In this document: positions 35,219 through 47,272 of the stretch, piece after piece
Layout of the letters: every line of letters begins with the position of its first letter
How positions within the stretch are numbered: the first letter of the stretch is position 1
Source of the DNA: Nemertoderma westbladi
Taxonomy: Eukaryota; Animalia; Xenacoelomorpha
DNA: 47,272 bases
Assembly (NCBI GenBank): GCA_032718475.1
Contig: JAUCBJ010003852.1
Span: forward strand, 1-47,272
Direction: 5' to 3'
The notes under the pieces: model-generated
What the model was told of the DNA's origin: nothing
Seen by the model: the letters and a program-made list of their open reading frames with translations, nothing else
Databases searched by the model: none
Made by a program: the position numbers and the translations under genes

Positions 35219-35741
35219 TTAACAAAATTATTTTTTGTTTTTAACAGGTTATTTTAGATTTAATTTGCATTAATCTTTTGTTTTAAATTTAAATTTATGT
35301 AATAATTATGAAGTTAGGACAATCAATAATAGCTAGTAAAATAAAAAAATAATGCATGAACAATGTTAACAATATACGTAGGTTATGACAAAGCAATTAA
35401 TTTTAATTTAAAACATTCCAGAATATCTAATTGCGAATAATGTATGGCCAACCGCAACAAAAAAATCATGGGTCGCATAAACTAAACTTATATATTTTAA
35501 TTTTTTTAGACGACAATGAAGAAGGTTTGCAGTGGCACCGTTTGTTGCGGCCTGAAGGGCGATCGCAGTTTGTGCGGCTGCTACAGGCAATCCCTGCCGT
35601 CCCCGTGGACGCTGTCTACCGCATTAAATCTACCGGTGGTGAGGGTTGGAGAGGGTAAACGTGTTCTGCCGCATGAATTTACCTCAAACCGATTCACCGG
35701 GTTGTTTCTCTCTGAGGAACATCAGAAAGTAAGTGATTTGT

Positions 35742-36105
35742 GACTAAACAGCGATTTATAGTAATCATATAATTTTTAAATATTTTCCAATGTATTTTCC
35801 GCCCCAGAAAAATATATTGTATAGAAAAACAATTAGCCGAAAAATGTAACTTTCAAATTTTGTGAAAATTGTGCACTACTAGTAATTTTGGTGCTGCAAT
35901 ATAACCACCCCAGTACATTTTTTCTTAAATTTTTTTTTTGGATACCAGTGATACCTACGTAGAAACAAAAAATCAGACGTTTTCGTAAAGATTTGTAGAT
36001 TTTAGAGGAGGAGGGGGGGGGGGGGGGGGGGGGGGTCAATATTAACCAATTAACAAATATTAATCAATATTTGTACAATGTTTTTCTAGCCCGGTACTAA
36101 TAGGG
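35742..36105 (+). mobile_element. piggyBac-type MITE, terminal fragment
   Basis: Matches ~39265..39602. Ends CGGTACTAATAGGG followed by TTAA. Confidence 0.85.
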
Positions 36106-36141
36106 TTAAGACCTGTATTACAGTCAACAGTCGATATATGA

Positions 36142-36792
36142 TATGATGGGATCGACTCTGAGATCCCGACAGGGTAAGGTTGTACGTGTCACTTGGCTGC
36201 TGGGCTAATATATTTGGCCAAAGGCCGGTTGGAAAATAATACAGTTTGTTTTCTCCGTATTAATAATTGCAGTGATAATAGCACAGTCGGATATATAATT
36301 GAGTTAACAGCAACAGTATAGTCTATATAAATTACGATATGAAATGACGATATAGATTGTAATACAATTGACGGTCAAAACTATGCCGGTCTGCAACTGT
36401 GTGAGAATCAACTGACCGGTAAATCAGCAACTAGAGTAACTATATAATTGATACATATTGGCTACACTACTGTGGCCTTTGGTACCCAATGGATGCGCTG
36501 CTATCCTCCCAATCTACTTGCTTGCCAGTTATTGGCTCAACTATTAATTCTCGCCTAGCCACTCCTCCCTCTTGGTGTTAACCCCTGCTGCTAGCCTCCA
36601 CTAGCTGGGTTGTCCCTCTGAGGTGGTTTGACCTCTCACCTCTCTCTGTGGCTTAGGGCGTGTGTCGCCCCCCCCCCCCGAGTTGGTTATGAGGCAAGAT
36701 TATTATTGGTAATCTCGCATAGCCAACTATATTGGTAAAATGCCACTGGTCCCGTTTTTGGTGGGTGGTGTGGGGAATTGAATCCGCTTACA
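36142..36792 (+). mobile_element. LTR-like dispersed repeat (probable solo LTR), copy 2
   Basis: Inverted homolog of 27773..28448. Ends CCGCTTACA. Confidence 0.62.
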
Positions 36793-36851
36793 CCCCCCCC
36801 CCCCCCCCATGCTATCTTCCCAGTGAGAAGATAGCATCAACCTTAACCCTA

Positions 36852-38032
36852 TTACCACTGGGGCCACTGGAACTTGGTCAGGTTAAATCCGGATCCTTTC
36901 AGGATGTCGCGAACCTCGCGCCCTGTGTCCAGTAATTCTTTAACCGTGTTTCCAGATTCCATCCCATCGTCTACATAGAAGCCACGTCGAATCATATCGA
37001 TCGCTCTAGCGCTATACTCCCTCTCTTTCCCCTCTACTGTATCTCTTACAGCCATAGTCGTCGTGAATGAGGACGACTTGGCCCCCATGTTCTGCACCAC
37101 CATCTTATACATCGGTATTGTCGATGGGTCCTCATCGCCGTTGTACCATAGGAAGCACTGGCTGTCGCTGTCCTCCTCTGTCACACGGACTTGGTTAAAC
37201 ATGCCTTCTATGTCGCACGTGAAGGCGTGCCTCCCATTCCTAAATCTCAAACAAGACCTCAATCCCCGAGTTGAAGATATTGGGGCCCTCCAGCAGATAG
37301 TCATTCAGGCTCTTGCCATTGGTCTTAGCCGATGCGTCAACCACCATCCGCAGTTTGCCCTTCTTTGGGTCTAAGGCCACATGAAGTGGCAGGTAGTAGG
37401 TCCTGTCCGTGTACGGTTCATCGACCGGCAACTCCACAGCCCATCCTTTCTCGACGTACTTCTTTATCGTCTTATGGATGTACTCATCCTTTTTGGGGCT
37501 CCGTATCAGCGTTTGCTTCAGCTTGCGAAGCCTCGTGAGTACCATCCCCTTGTTCTCGGGTAGCGGTAGTTTTGGCTGTTTCCACACCTTGCCAATGGTG
37601 TACCGCCCCTCGTCGCATCTCACCGACTCCTTCACACTCTGTATTGCTTGCTTATCCTCTACCGAGGTTCAGACCCCGCTCTCCTTTAGTCCCTCAAAGT
37701 CCTGCTTCAACAGTCTCTTAAGCTGCTCCTCAGCTCCTTCGTCTTCCATCTCCATCATAGTTCCCGCAAACATGCACCCCGATGTCTCCGACATCCTCAA
37801 TGGAATTTTGGTTTTGATTGGGCCACTTAGCGTCCATCCGAATGGTGTTAGAACTGCCATCGGATCACGTTGTTTGTCTTCGCCGAAGACCGTCTGTATC
37901 CTCTCATGGGCCATCGGGCAATCCATTCCCACTATTGTGGATACCTTCCTGACGTCCACCTCCGGTATTGAGAAATCGATTTTGTCCAGGAATCTGTATT
38001 GTTCGACTTCGATGTTAGTTGGTCGCCTGGCA
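36852..38032 (-). pseudogene. BEL/Pao Pol fragment (post-protease region + RT), frameshifted
   Basis: LTPFGWTLSGP, YYLPLH, KLRMVVDASAK, SLNDYLLEGPN, RFR...CDIEGMFNQV, FLW, MGAKSS, FYVDD, GFNLTKF. Confidence 0.92.
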
Positions 38033-38036
38033 TTAA

Positions 38037-39602
38037 CCCTATTAAACCCGGGGGGGGGGGGGGTCAATATGACCCCCCCCGTGGTTTTTTTATTATTATT
38101 CTGAAACAAACGCAGTTGGGAATCGGAAATTTTATGACTTTTCCTAAAAATCTATTGTCATCCTAGTATAGTAGTGAAAACTGTTTTCAAAAATATTGAG
38201 TAGTTTTCGAGTTATCGCACCATTTTTTAACCCTACTTTTGGTACTTTTTTTGAGACGTTTTTTGAAAATTACATTTCATTAAATATTAATTGTAACATC
38301 TCTATTTTTGATTTACACCGGTTTTTTGGTGTTAGCAATTGGATGGAATTCATGTAAATTGATTTAGAAATTTCAAACTTGTTTTTTTCGGCGGGTGCCA
38401 AATTTTGGTACCAGCACCAAATTTTGAAATATGTCAATTTTGTAAATTGATTGTTTGAAACTTGTTTTTACGCAATTGGGGTTTTTTGGGGTTCTGGTTT
38501 CGATGAAATATATACGAGTTGCACCAAGCGTATCAAACTTGTATTTTTCGGGGCTGTGTGCAAATTTTGGTGCTAGCACGAAATTTTGAAAATCCATTCA
38601 ATAGATAAAATTGTTTGTGACAATTTATTTCTTGCATTTTAGAGGTTTATGGCTGTTCTGAATTCAATGGAATATATAATTATCGAACTAGACATCTCAA
38701 ACTTGTATTTTTTGGAAGTGGGTGCAAAATGTGGTGCTAGCACCAAATTTTGAAAACCATCAAATATATCAATTGATTGTGTCATCTTGTTTCTTGCGTT
38801 ATACGGGTTTGTTAGGGTTCTGAATTCAATGGAAGCAGTAAAAATTTCATAAGAGTTTTCAAACTTGTATTTTTCGCCGGTGGGTGACAATTGTTGTGCC
38901 AGCACCAAATTTTGGAAAATGAGTAAATTGATCAGTAGATAGTATCATCTCGTTTCTTGCGTTTTACGGGTTTATGAGGGTCCTGAATCCGATGGAATCA
39001 ATAAAAACAGCACTGGACATCGCAAACTTGTACTTTTTAGTGATGGGTACGAAATTTTGGTGCTAGCACCAAAATTTGCCAAATTACGCCGAAAAATACA
39101 AGTAGCAATGATCTGTCATATTTGAAATGTATTCCATTAGAATCAGCGCCCTAGAAAACCTGAAAATGTAAATTTATAGCATCGTATAAGTGAATTAAAA
39201 ATTTTGTGTTCTAACCGAAAAGTGCTAGTTACTTGTTTTTTTCATTTTTTTCCTACGCATAGAGGACTAAACAGCCATTTATGGTAATCATATCATTTTT
39301 AAATATTTTCCAATGTATTTCGCGCCCCTGAAAACCTGTATTGAAAAACAATTAGCAGAAAAATGTAACTTTCAAATTTTGTGAAAATTGTGCCCTACTT
39401 GTAATTTTGGTGCTGCAATATTACCACCCCAGTATTTTTTTTCGAAAATTTTTTTTTTCGGTCGGATCCAGACTAGTGATACCTACGTACACACAAAAAA
39501 TCAGACGTTTTCGTTAATATTTGTAGATTTTAGAGGGAGGGGTCAATATGACCCCCCCCCCCCGGTTTTTGTACAGCATTTTATAGCACGGTACTAATAG
39601 GG
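38037..39602 (+). mobile_element. Complete non-autonomous piggyBac-type element (1566 bp) inserted in BEL pol
   Basis: TTAA|CCCTATTA...TAATAGGG|TTAA. The BEL frame reads through once it is removed (ESINI|NARRP). Confidence 0.92.
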
Positions 39603-39606
39603 TTAA

Positions 39607-40830
39607 TGTTGATTGATTCTATTACCTGGATGGGGTCGATGGTCGCCCCATAGTCACATCCCGGTGCTATCGCTACTATCTCGCACCGTCCCATCCTCAT
39701 CTCCAGGACCTCATCTTTGCTGGAGATGGTTGTTACCGCCATCCTACTTGGCCTCATCTTTAGTTTATTGTTTAAATAGAGACAATTCAACCAGAAGCTA
39801 CATAGAAACCGGGGACAAAAAACTGATACGAAAATTAAATACTTTATAGGATTTCAGTACTACAGTATTGGCCGCATTTGTGACTTCATTCCATCTTATC
39901 CTTATCGGCCACATCTGTGGCCGCGATTTCGGCCACTCCCGTTTCTTCGCCATTCGGCGCTTCCTCACTGTTCGGCGCTCCCGCGACGTTTCCAGGTGCC
40001 GCGCTGTTTGTCTGTCCCGCGCCGTATGTCCCGCGCCGAGCCGCGCTGTATGGCGCTCTCTCGACGCGTCTGTAACCGCGTCCCCCTTGACGGCCCTGTC
40101 CGCGGCCCCGTCCGCGGCCCCGAACCGCGGTTATCTCCCATCTCGGTTCTTCAGATGCTTCAGCAAAGTGATTTTGGGTAATCGATACCCGACAATGAAT
40201 AATATTTATGGTGCTGTGTTTGTCAGCCATAATAATAATCCACTGTAGCCTATACTTGTTTTAATTTTATTCGTCGTTGTTATTTTGCCCCTGTCCACTC
40301 CATGGTGTGGCCCTTCCCCCCGGCTACATGTGGACTTGCAGTCCCCTGTGTTGCCGCATATGGCAGCGATTGTCGAAGTTTTGGTAGTGCATTTGCCGCA
40401 TTATGTTCTGGTTTCGGCCTGTTATATTCGGTCTTTGGCCCCTTCCCCAGACTATCTTCGCTCTAGACTGGGTCCGTGATCAACTCCGCTTCGTAATAGA
40501 GGAAGTTCGACATTTCCTCTAGGCCCAGTTCTGCACCTTTCTTCTCCCGGGTGGAGAAGGCAATCTTTCTCCATTTGTTGCGCAGCCAGATCGGCAGTGC
40601 CTGCGCTATCGTGGTGATATTATTAGATGCGTTGAGTTCGTATGGCGCGTCTAGTGTTTTTAGGTTTGGAATTAGATATTATACCCACACATGCAAGTTG
40701 GTTATGGTTATGGGTATGGTTGGGCAAGAAGTAGCAAGAAGCTGAGTTGAGTACGTTGGTTTTACTTCTAACCAAGTTGTTAGCTGCCGCATTTCCATTC
40801 ATTGCATAATCCATTACCATTTCAATTTGA
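39607..40830 (-). pseudogene. Decayed BEL gag/protease region (probable continuation of the 36852 element)
   Basis: Protease-region frame at 39607..39760 continues across the MITE. Degenerate Cys/His cluster at ~40295..40400. Non-BEL-looking sequence lies in between. Confidence 0.5.
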
Positions 40831-41766
40831 GACTCGACTCGATTAATAATTTTTTTTATCTAACATATATTTGTTGAGTCGGTCTCTTGAGAATTTTCTA
40901 ATATTATTAATAGGGGTAATTTGTCTGTTTTTTTGCAAAACGGTCAACATAATGAATTGGAGCTGGTTGTTTTCAGGGGGTTTTAATCAGAGTATTTGTC
41001 CAGAATTTCTAGTTATTTTCCCGGTTTGATTTTTTCCCGGGATTTACCTGATTTCCCGGTTGTTACACATACACCCTATAAAATATGTGAAATACAGACA
41101 GATAAATATACTTACTATTTCTCCCCACCAAAACGAGAAGGCGCCTGCCTAAAAAACACAAATATTGCACCTTCCGCCCTACTCTCTTCGAATCGGTTAT
41201 CTTTGATCACAGCACCTATAATAAAATATAAATAACCACAACAATGTAACATAAACAATTCATTAATCAGAGGCGAATTTCACACAACAGGCTTTAATTT
41301 CATCATAGAAGTTAATATATCATCAATTTAGACAATTTTATCGTTTACTGTTACTGTTACTGTCTGTTAGTTGTTGTCAGCAGTATTTAAATTTATACTT
41401 CTAATTATACTATCAAGGCCATAGTACTGTAGTAATATATATGGAATCGTTTGGATACAACAGGGGGCAACGGGAAACCAGGGTTCTGTTCAACTTCAAG
41501 GCATTTGTGGCAATTCGGTGTCGTATGCCAATACCAAACACAGCAAGGCGTAAGTTTATATGTTCTCAACAACCTTGAGATATTGCTGCGTTTAGAGTAG
41601 ATCGCGCATTGCACAAAAAGATATATTTTTGCCGCAAAAGCTATTACAGAGGAAATGTGTCAATTGAAAATGTGTAAAAAACTCTTGCTCACTTCGCTCG
41701 TCATTCTGTTTCCTCACATCACTAAATATTATTATAGAGTCAAAATTTGCCAAGAAGAAGAAATAT

Positions 41767-43900
41767 TGTTACGGTATATGGCGCTGTATCCACATTATTA
41801 GTCATTATGCAGTATGCAATATTAGTCCGTTATGCAGTATGCAATATTAGTCCATTATACTGTACGTAATATTAGTCCGTTGTGCAGCATAATATTTTAG
41901 ATAAGGCATAATAACGCAATGATATTTAGATAGGGAAATCGAAACACCCATATATTTGAATCCATCCATTTTGTATAGTATGTAGCCCTACCTACGTAAT
42001 TTTGTATTAGGATATATGTAGATAGTCCCAGGGTAGCAAGTTTATTCGGACCCTGGATTTTGTGCTTGCTGATATTAGCATCAATAGGGCTAGCATAGGC
42101 CATTCAGCAGCCAGGGACGTGAACCGTTACCATATATGGTAATAATTCGAGGTTTGGGCAAGCAATAAGGCTACAATCCGGCCTCCTTATTGGACTAACT
42201 GCTTCCAGGTTGGTCTAATGCTAGCACGGACTGGAGAGCCAATAGGAGAGCGATTGAGTCACCCTATTGCATCACCCCATCCGGATCACCTATAAATTGG
42301 CGGTGTGCCGGTAGAGCCTTACCTGTGTACTGTTATCCCTCACATGATCTGCTATCACCTTTGTACTTGCTGAGCTGTCTCTATTCATTTTTGACGGATT
42401 TTAGAGTATTTCTGCAATTTGATTAATTTCTTGGAATGATTTGCTAGTGCGATTACTTTCGATTGTGTTTCTCAATTAATTCCTTCGATTACTGCTAATT
42501 ACAACTGAACTATGATTTCTACCTTTGATTAATGGTTCTATGTGATTCCTTTCTGCGCAATAATCCTAAGGGATTTCTGAGACTGTCAGACTTTGTGATT
42601 TGCATGCGCCGCTACGGTAGCTATTAGCATAATGGAGGGCTAAGGTGCCAGTAGGCGGTGGGCACATCGGGGGGTTGGGCGACTAAGGGAGAGCGGAGGA
42701 TTCAAAGGCGGGCAACGCTGGCGGGGGTCAACGTTGTGGTCGGGCAATTTGGACTGTAGGTTGGAGACCGCTCGCCGGTACAGTAATTAGGGGGCTGATG
42801 ATCCAAGGTTTTGTCTCTATTTAGTATTAGGGGGCAGGAATTGGGTTAGTTAGGAAGCCTAGATGTACCCGGGAGGGGCCTGCATACCTTACAGTAAGTA
42901 AGTAAGTGGGTAAGTACGTAAGTAAGTTGCGAATTATATAATTGCAGATTGTATAATTGCAAGTCGTGCTATTGTGATCCGTGATTGCTGACTCTGATTG
43001 ATGTGTTACTAAAGTGTGCCTAAGATTACGAATGCTTAGATAGGCGCTCTTTTCCCTTTGATTGATTTCTATCTCTTAGTTTACTGTAAATAATTACTGA
43101 TTAGGTCAAAGTAATACAGTATTTTAGGCTGTTACATATTTGTGACTGTAATTAATTAGTAAAATTAAGAATTAGTACGCAGCATAGCGGAGAGTAGCTA
43201 AGGTAATAATTAGAGTACCGTAAACTATTCACGTTGAGCGGTTATTTGAATTAGCGGGCAATAAACTAGATCGCAATAGTTAGTACGCAAGACACTAGTA
43301 AGTTGCTGGCCTAAAGCCAGCTGCAGGCAAGTTTAGACCCAGAGCGGTATCACCCACGAAAGACATTGTACTGTACCAATTTTGATTTATTTAAATATTC
43401 TCGCATTCACACATTTCGTTAGGGAACCCTCAGTATTCGCGATTAGAAAAGACGTAAGCATTGGCGTATTACAGTAGTAAAATTAGGCGTAAGAATATAC
43501 TCTGAGTGCAAAGCCCCTCGCACTCGTCTTAAGTAAGCTTAGGGAGCCGACTCGGGTTTATTGTTTTGGTTATTCCCGCGTGGCTCATAGATTCGAACAG
43601 TTAGCTCTCTATCGAGCGATCGGTAGAGAAAGGAACAAGCGATTTTGCAGGAGCTGTGTAAATTTAGTAAAATATATTAGCGGACGGCAGATTAGCGCCA
43701 TCTAACGGTAAGTAGCGGTTTTGTATTTAGCAACCTTTACAATTTAGTAATAGCACGCTCCTGATTCCCTTTACTTAACAGTAGAGCAGTCTTTGTGTCT
43801 TATTGGTTAGGCGAGAGCTCATTAGGTTGGCAGAGAGGTATACGGGTATTTGTCTGTTCAACAGTTCTGCTGTTAGTATAGGTGTCGCGGTTGTTTAACA
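41767..43900. mobile_element. Large solo LTR-like element (2134 bp)
   Basis: Termini TGTTA...TAACA with a 5-bp TSD AATAT on both sides. Internal 25-bp tandem repeat at 41796..41897. TATA-like CTATAAAT at ~42290. Confidence 0.72.
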
Positions 43901-44514
43901 AATATAGATAGAAAGTCATACAAACTTCAGTCAGGGAATTTTTCAAAAAATCAGGAAAATGTCAGAGAAAGAAAATTGGAATGAAATAAAGTGGCAGGCA
44001 AGGCGTACTATATACAAGGCCATGCCATCGAGTTAACTGTGGGCGGTGACTGGGGGCAAGAATTTTTTTACAACAATTTGATATTTTGATATGGGGAGAG
44101 TTATATAAATTTTCATTTGCTGCAATTTGGTCAATGGACGTAATTGAAGCATCCTTGTTAAGTAAGATGCAAAATTTTATGGTAGCTAGTAATGTGTAAT
44201 GTTGGGGTATTGTGAATTGCTATAGCTAAGTCTGGGGGGGGGGGGGGGGGGGTGAAAGTTTTAACTTAAGGTGTCATCTTGCTGTGCTGTATAACAATAA
44301 ATTATTGCTAAAAGTGTTGTCAGGCTGTGATGGCAACAAACAAAGGTTGTGTTGCCGTAATAATAAGGTTGTGCGCGGTATTTAACAAACATGGTGGTTT
44401 GTGAACGTAATATACGGATGTATCGTAAGATGCAGATGGGTAGTTTTAAGCGGTACTGCACCATTTCCATTGAATTTAGGTCCCATGAATATAGTTCCCC
44501 AACTGCGAACATAG

Positions 44515-44635
44515 GTCCCCTCTAAGCAAATTTAGGCCCAGAGGGGACCTAACTTCGCATCAAGGGACTAAATTCGCACTGAGGGAACTTTATATTCGCA
44601 CTGAGGGGAACTAAATTCGCACCAAGGGGACCTAC
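44515..44635. repeat. ~20-24 bp minisatellite (AAATTCGCAC..AGGGGAC)
   Basis: About 5 visible copies. Confidence 0.75.
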
Positions 44636-44645
44636 AATCTCCCTA

Positions 44646-45184
44646 GCACCATTTTTTAACCATACATTTGGCACTTTTTTTTGAGACGTTTTTTGAAAAT
44701 TACATTTCATTAAATATTATTTGTAACATCTCTATTTTTGATTTACACCGATGTTTTTGGTGTTAGCAATTGGATGGAATTCATATAAATTGATTTAGAA
44801 ATTTCAAACTTGTTTTTTTCGGCGGGTGCCAAATTTTGCTGCCAGCACCAAATTTTGAAATATGTCAATTTTGTAAATTGATTGTTTGAAACTTGTTTTT
44901 TGCAATAAAACATTCAATAAATTAAAAAAAATAGGAATTTTAGTAATATAGGAATTTGGTGCTAGCACCAAATTTTGAAAACCATCAAATATATCAATTG
45001 ATTGTGTCATCTTGTTTCTTGCGTTATACGGGTTTGTTAGGGTTCTGAATTCAATGGAATCAGTGAAAATTTCATAAGAGTTTTCAAACTTGTATTTTTC
45101 GCCGGTGGGTGAAAATTGTTGTGTACCAAATTTTGGATAATGAGTAAATTGATCAGTAGATAGTATCATCTTTTTTCTTGCGTT
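44646..45184 (+). mobile_element. Internal, deleted fragment of the piggyBac-type MITE
   Basis: Matches ~38217..38470 and ~38732..38963. Confidence 0.87.
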
Positions 45185-45390
45185 AGTGGTTCAGGGGAGA
45201 CCTTGTGGAGACAGGAAGCAACTCCTGGGGTCCTGCGGATCATATTGAGTCCCAACGGGTTGAGATTCGCTGCTGTTGGGAACTAGGAGTTGATTTATAT
45301 TATAAATTCTGGAACTGGGGATGTTATCAACCGGATTGAAGGAACTGCGGGAGCTACATCCGTGCTGTGGATTTCTGTAAAGATAACCGG
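45185..45390 (+). pseudogene. WD40/beta-propeller-like coding fragment
   Basis: Manual translation ..VLRIILSPNGLRFAAVGN*ELIYIINSGTGDVINRIEGTAGATSVLW. Confidence 0.5.
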
Positions 45391-45963
45391 CATATTATTA
45401 CAGGTAATTAATTAATAGACCTCATTTATTACAACACTTTAAATTAATTAATAGTCTATAGTCTAATTCAGTACCGTACCATGTACCATAGAAAGTAATA
45501 ATCATTATACCTAACACTTAAATGAATTAATTACATTAATTATTTTATTATTCTCTAAATCTATTTAATTTATTTAATAATCTACTTACCGATATGATGC
45601 CGATTAACTGAATATTGCCCTTCACTGCCTCCTGCCAATATTGGGTACCATGGGAACGAAATTAAAATTAGTCTAATATCAGAATATAGACCGCTGGAAA
45701 TCAGAATATAGACCACTGAAAATCAGAAGGTATTACAACATAGTCATGTAGTCAGATAGTTTTAGGTGCAGTTTGGTTCCGGTCAATGTAACATAAAAAT
45801 AAACAAATAAACCAGGAATTAGCTTAATAATAGCAGGCCTATTTATGTATTCAGTTATCTGTTAGGTTGTTTGTTATTGGTTTGTATCAATGGCGTTTTA
45901 ACCAACTGGTAGTTATAATTAAATAAACAAACTATAATGGTCAGATGGTACCAATAGGAATCC

Positions 45964-46524
45964 TAGAAACTGATACCAGAAACGAATTAACAGACCAGAA
46001 AAACCCCATAGCAAAATTTTTAGTTAGGTCTGGTGTATTTTTTATATTTTGACAGACAGACTAAAAAGACCGACATACGGACAGATAGGACTAGACTCCA
46101 TAAATTGTAGAAACTGATACCAGAAACGATATTAAGACCAGAAAAACCCCATAGCAATATCTTTAGTTAGGTCTGGTGTATTTTTTTATATTTTGACATA
46201 CAGAATAAAAAGACAGACAAACGGACAGATAGGACTAGATCAATTAAATTTTAGAAACTGATACCTTAAATGAAATCTCAGACCAGGAAAACCCCATAGC
46301 CAAAAGTTTTAGCTAAATGTAGTGAAATTTTTTACACTGTATATTCACAAGCAGACAAAAAACAAACTAACCGACAAACAGACAGAGTTTCAAGCGGTTT
46401 GGGCTCATGATATGGTTTTAAAGTGTCAATATCCATAATCTACGGAAAATTGTGATCTTAAACAACTAAAAAAAAAACCTCAAAAAATTTATTTTTTTGA
46501 AAATTTTAAAGGTTCCATCTCCCC
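45964..46524. mobile_element. DNA-transposon end with three 144-bp subterminal repeats, Kolobok-like terminus
   Basis: TAGAAACTGATACC at 45964, 46108 and 46252. Ends GGTTCCATCTCCCC followed by TTAA. Confidence 0.55.
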
Positions 46525-46689
46525 TTAAGTAAAATCCAAAGTAGTGACGACTTTGTATCTATTATCAAATCAGAACTTGTAATTCAGGACTACGCAAGAG
46601 AGTGGATCAAAGAAAATAAGACAAGTATTTGGCAGGAAATACTGGAAAGTCATTGAAAGCTCAAATTCTTTTCGATTTGTTTAGCAGCA

Positions 46690-47272
46690 ATGGCAAATAG
46701 CCTCTTTGAAAGAGCTCTGGGAACCAACGATTCCATACCTAAAACATACGGAATTGAAAAGGGAGACTATTGGGAGTATAACTCAGTGCACAACTTGGGT
46801 AAGTATCTAGGGAACTTTTCGACCGAGCTTCCAACGCTCCTCCCGCTTGGTAAAAACCCGTCTATTGACCTAGAATGTTTAGCGAAGTCTTTAAGAGAGA
46901 GCTGTCAGAAAGGCTCTTTGGACCCATGTTTGGTTCCAATAGCTTTGGGCATAATAGAAAGGAACTACAAGTTGGACTACTTTGCAGTACCTAATCCCCA
47001 TGGTGCAGCTCACATGCGCGTCTTAAGTCAGCTGTTTGAAGAAACCTCAGAATTAACGGTCGGCTCTACGCATCCATGTCACAGTGGGCCACCAACCAGC
47101 ACTCTAACCTGTAACCACTGGGCGCTTGGGTGGCACCTTGGCATCTACCCTGATTCGTATATGCAGCGGGTGATGAACCCTATTAACCCAACTAACTTTA
47201 CATCCGACAACAAAGATTTGGTGTTATTTTCGAGCAGCAAAAGAAGCGAAATAGAGGCCGAATTTTCACCTG
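46690..47272 (+). CDS. Unidentified ORF, open to the window edge (>=194 codons)
   Basis: Manual translation MANSLFERALGTNDSIPKTYGIEKGDYWEY... appears stop-free to 47272. The same frame extends back to ~46528 with one TGA. Confidence 0.5.
   Translation, partial: MANSLFERALGTNDSIPKTYGIEKGDYWEYNSVHNLGKYLGNFSTELPTLLPLGKNPSIDLECLAKSLRESCQKGSLDPCLVPIALGIIERNYKLDYFAVPNPHGAAHMRVLSQLFEETSELTVGSTHPCHSGPPTSTLTCNHWALGWHLGIYPDSYMQRVMNPINPTNFTSDNKDLVLFSSSKRSEIEAEFSP

Noticed and set aside
13610-40830. Uni-strand piRNA-cluster-like orientation bias
   Set aside because: TE fragments occur on both strands in similar numbers.

Overview
This is AT-rich animal (probably invertebrate) genomic DNA made almost entirely of nested transposon remains, with no intact host gene I can recognise. 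From left to right it holds the 3' end of a BEL/Pao LTR retrotransposon. Its 3' LTR runs directly into an ~8 kb satellite (30-nt near-palindromic constant block plus variable (AG)n), which ends at a tRNA-derived MetaSINE. Next come Helentron/HINE-like repeats carrying CTCF-like motifs, two decayed RTE-type LINEs, an intronless DDX1 pseudogene fragment, a near-intact GalEa-clade Copia element, solo LTRs, and hATm-like and pogo transposase remnants. The right half has a frameshifted tyrosine recombinase, a Penelope element with TSD, inverted pLTR and hammerhead ribozyme, four copies of a piggyBac-type MITE, further BEL remnants, a WD40-like fragment and an unidentified ORF running off the right edge. 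The least explained items are the LTR-anchored satellite, the tyrosine recombinase, the right-edge ORF and an excess of TACCGGTA footprints. All family calls come from motif recognition, not database searches.
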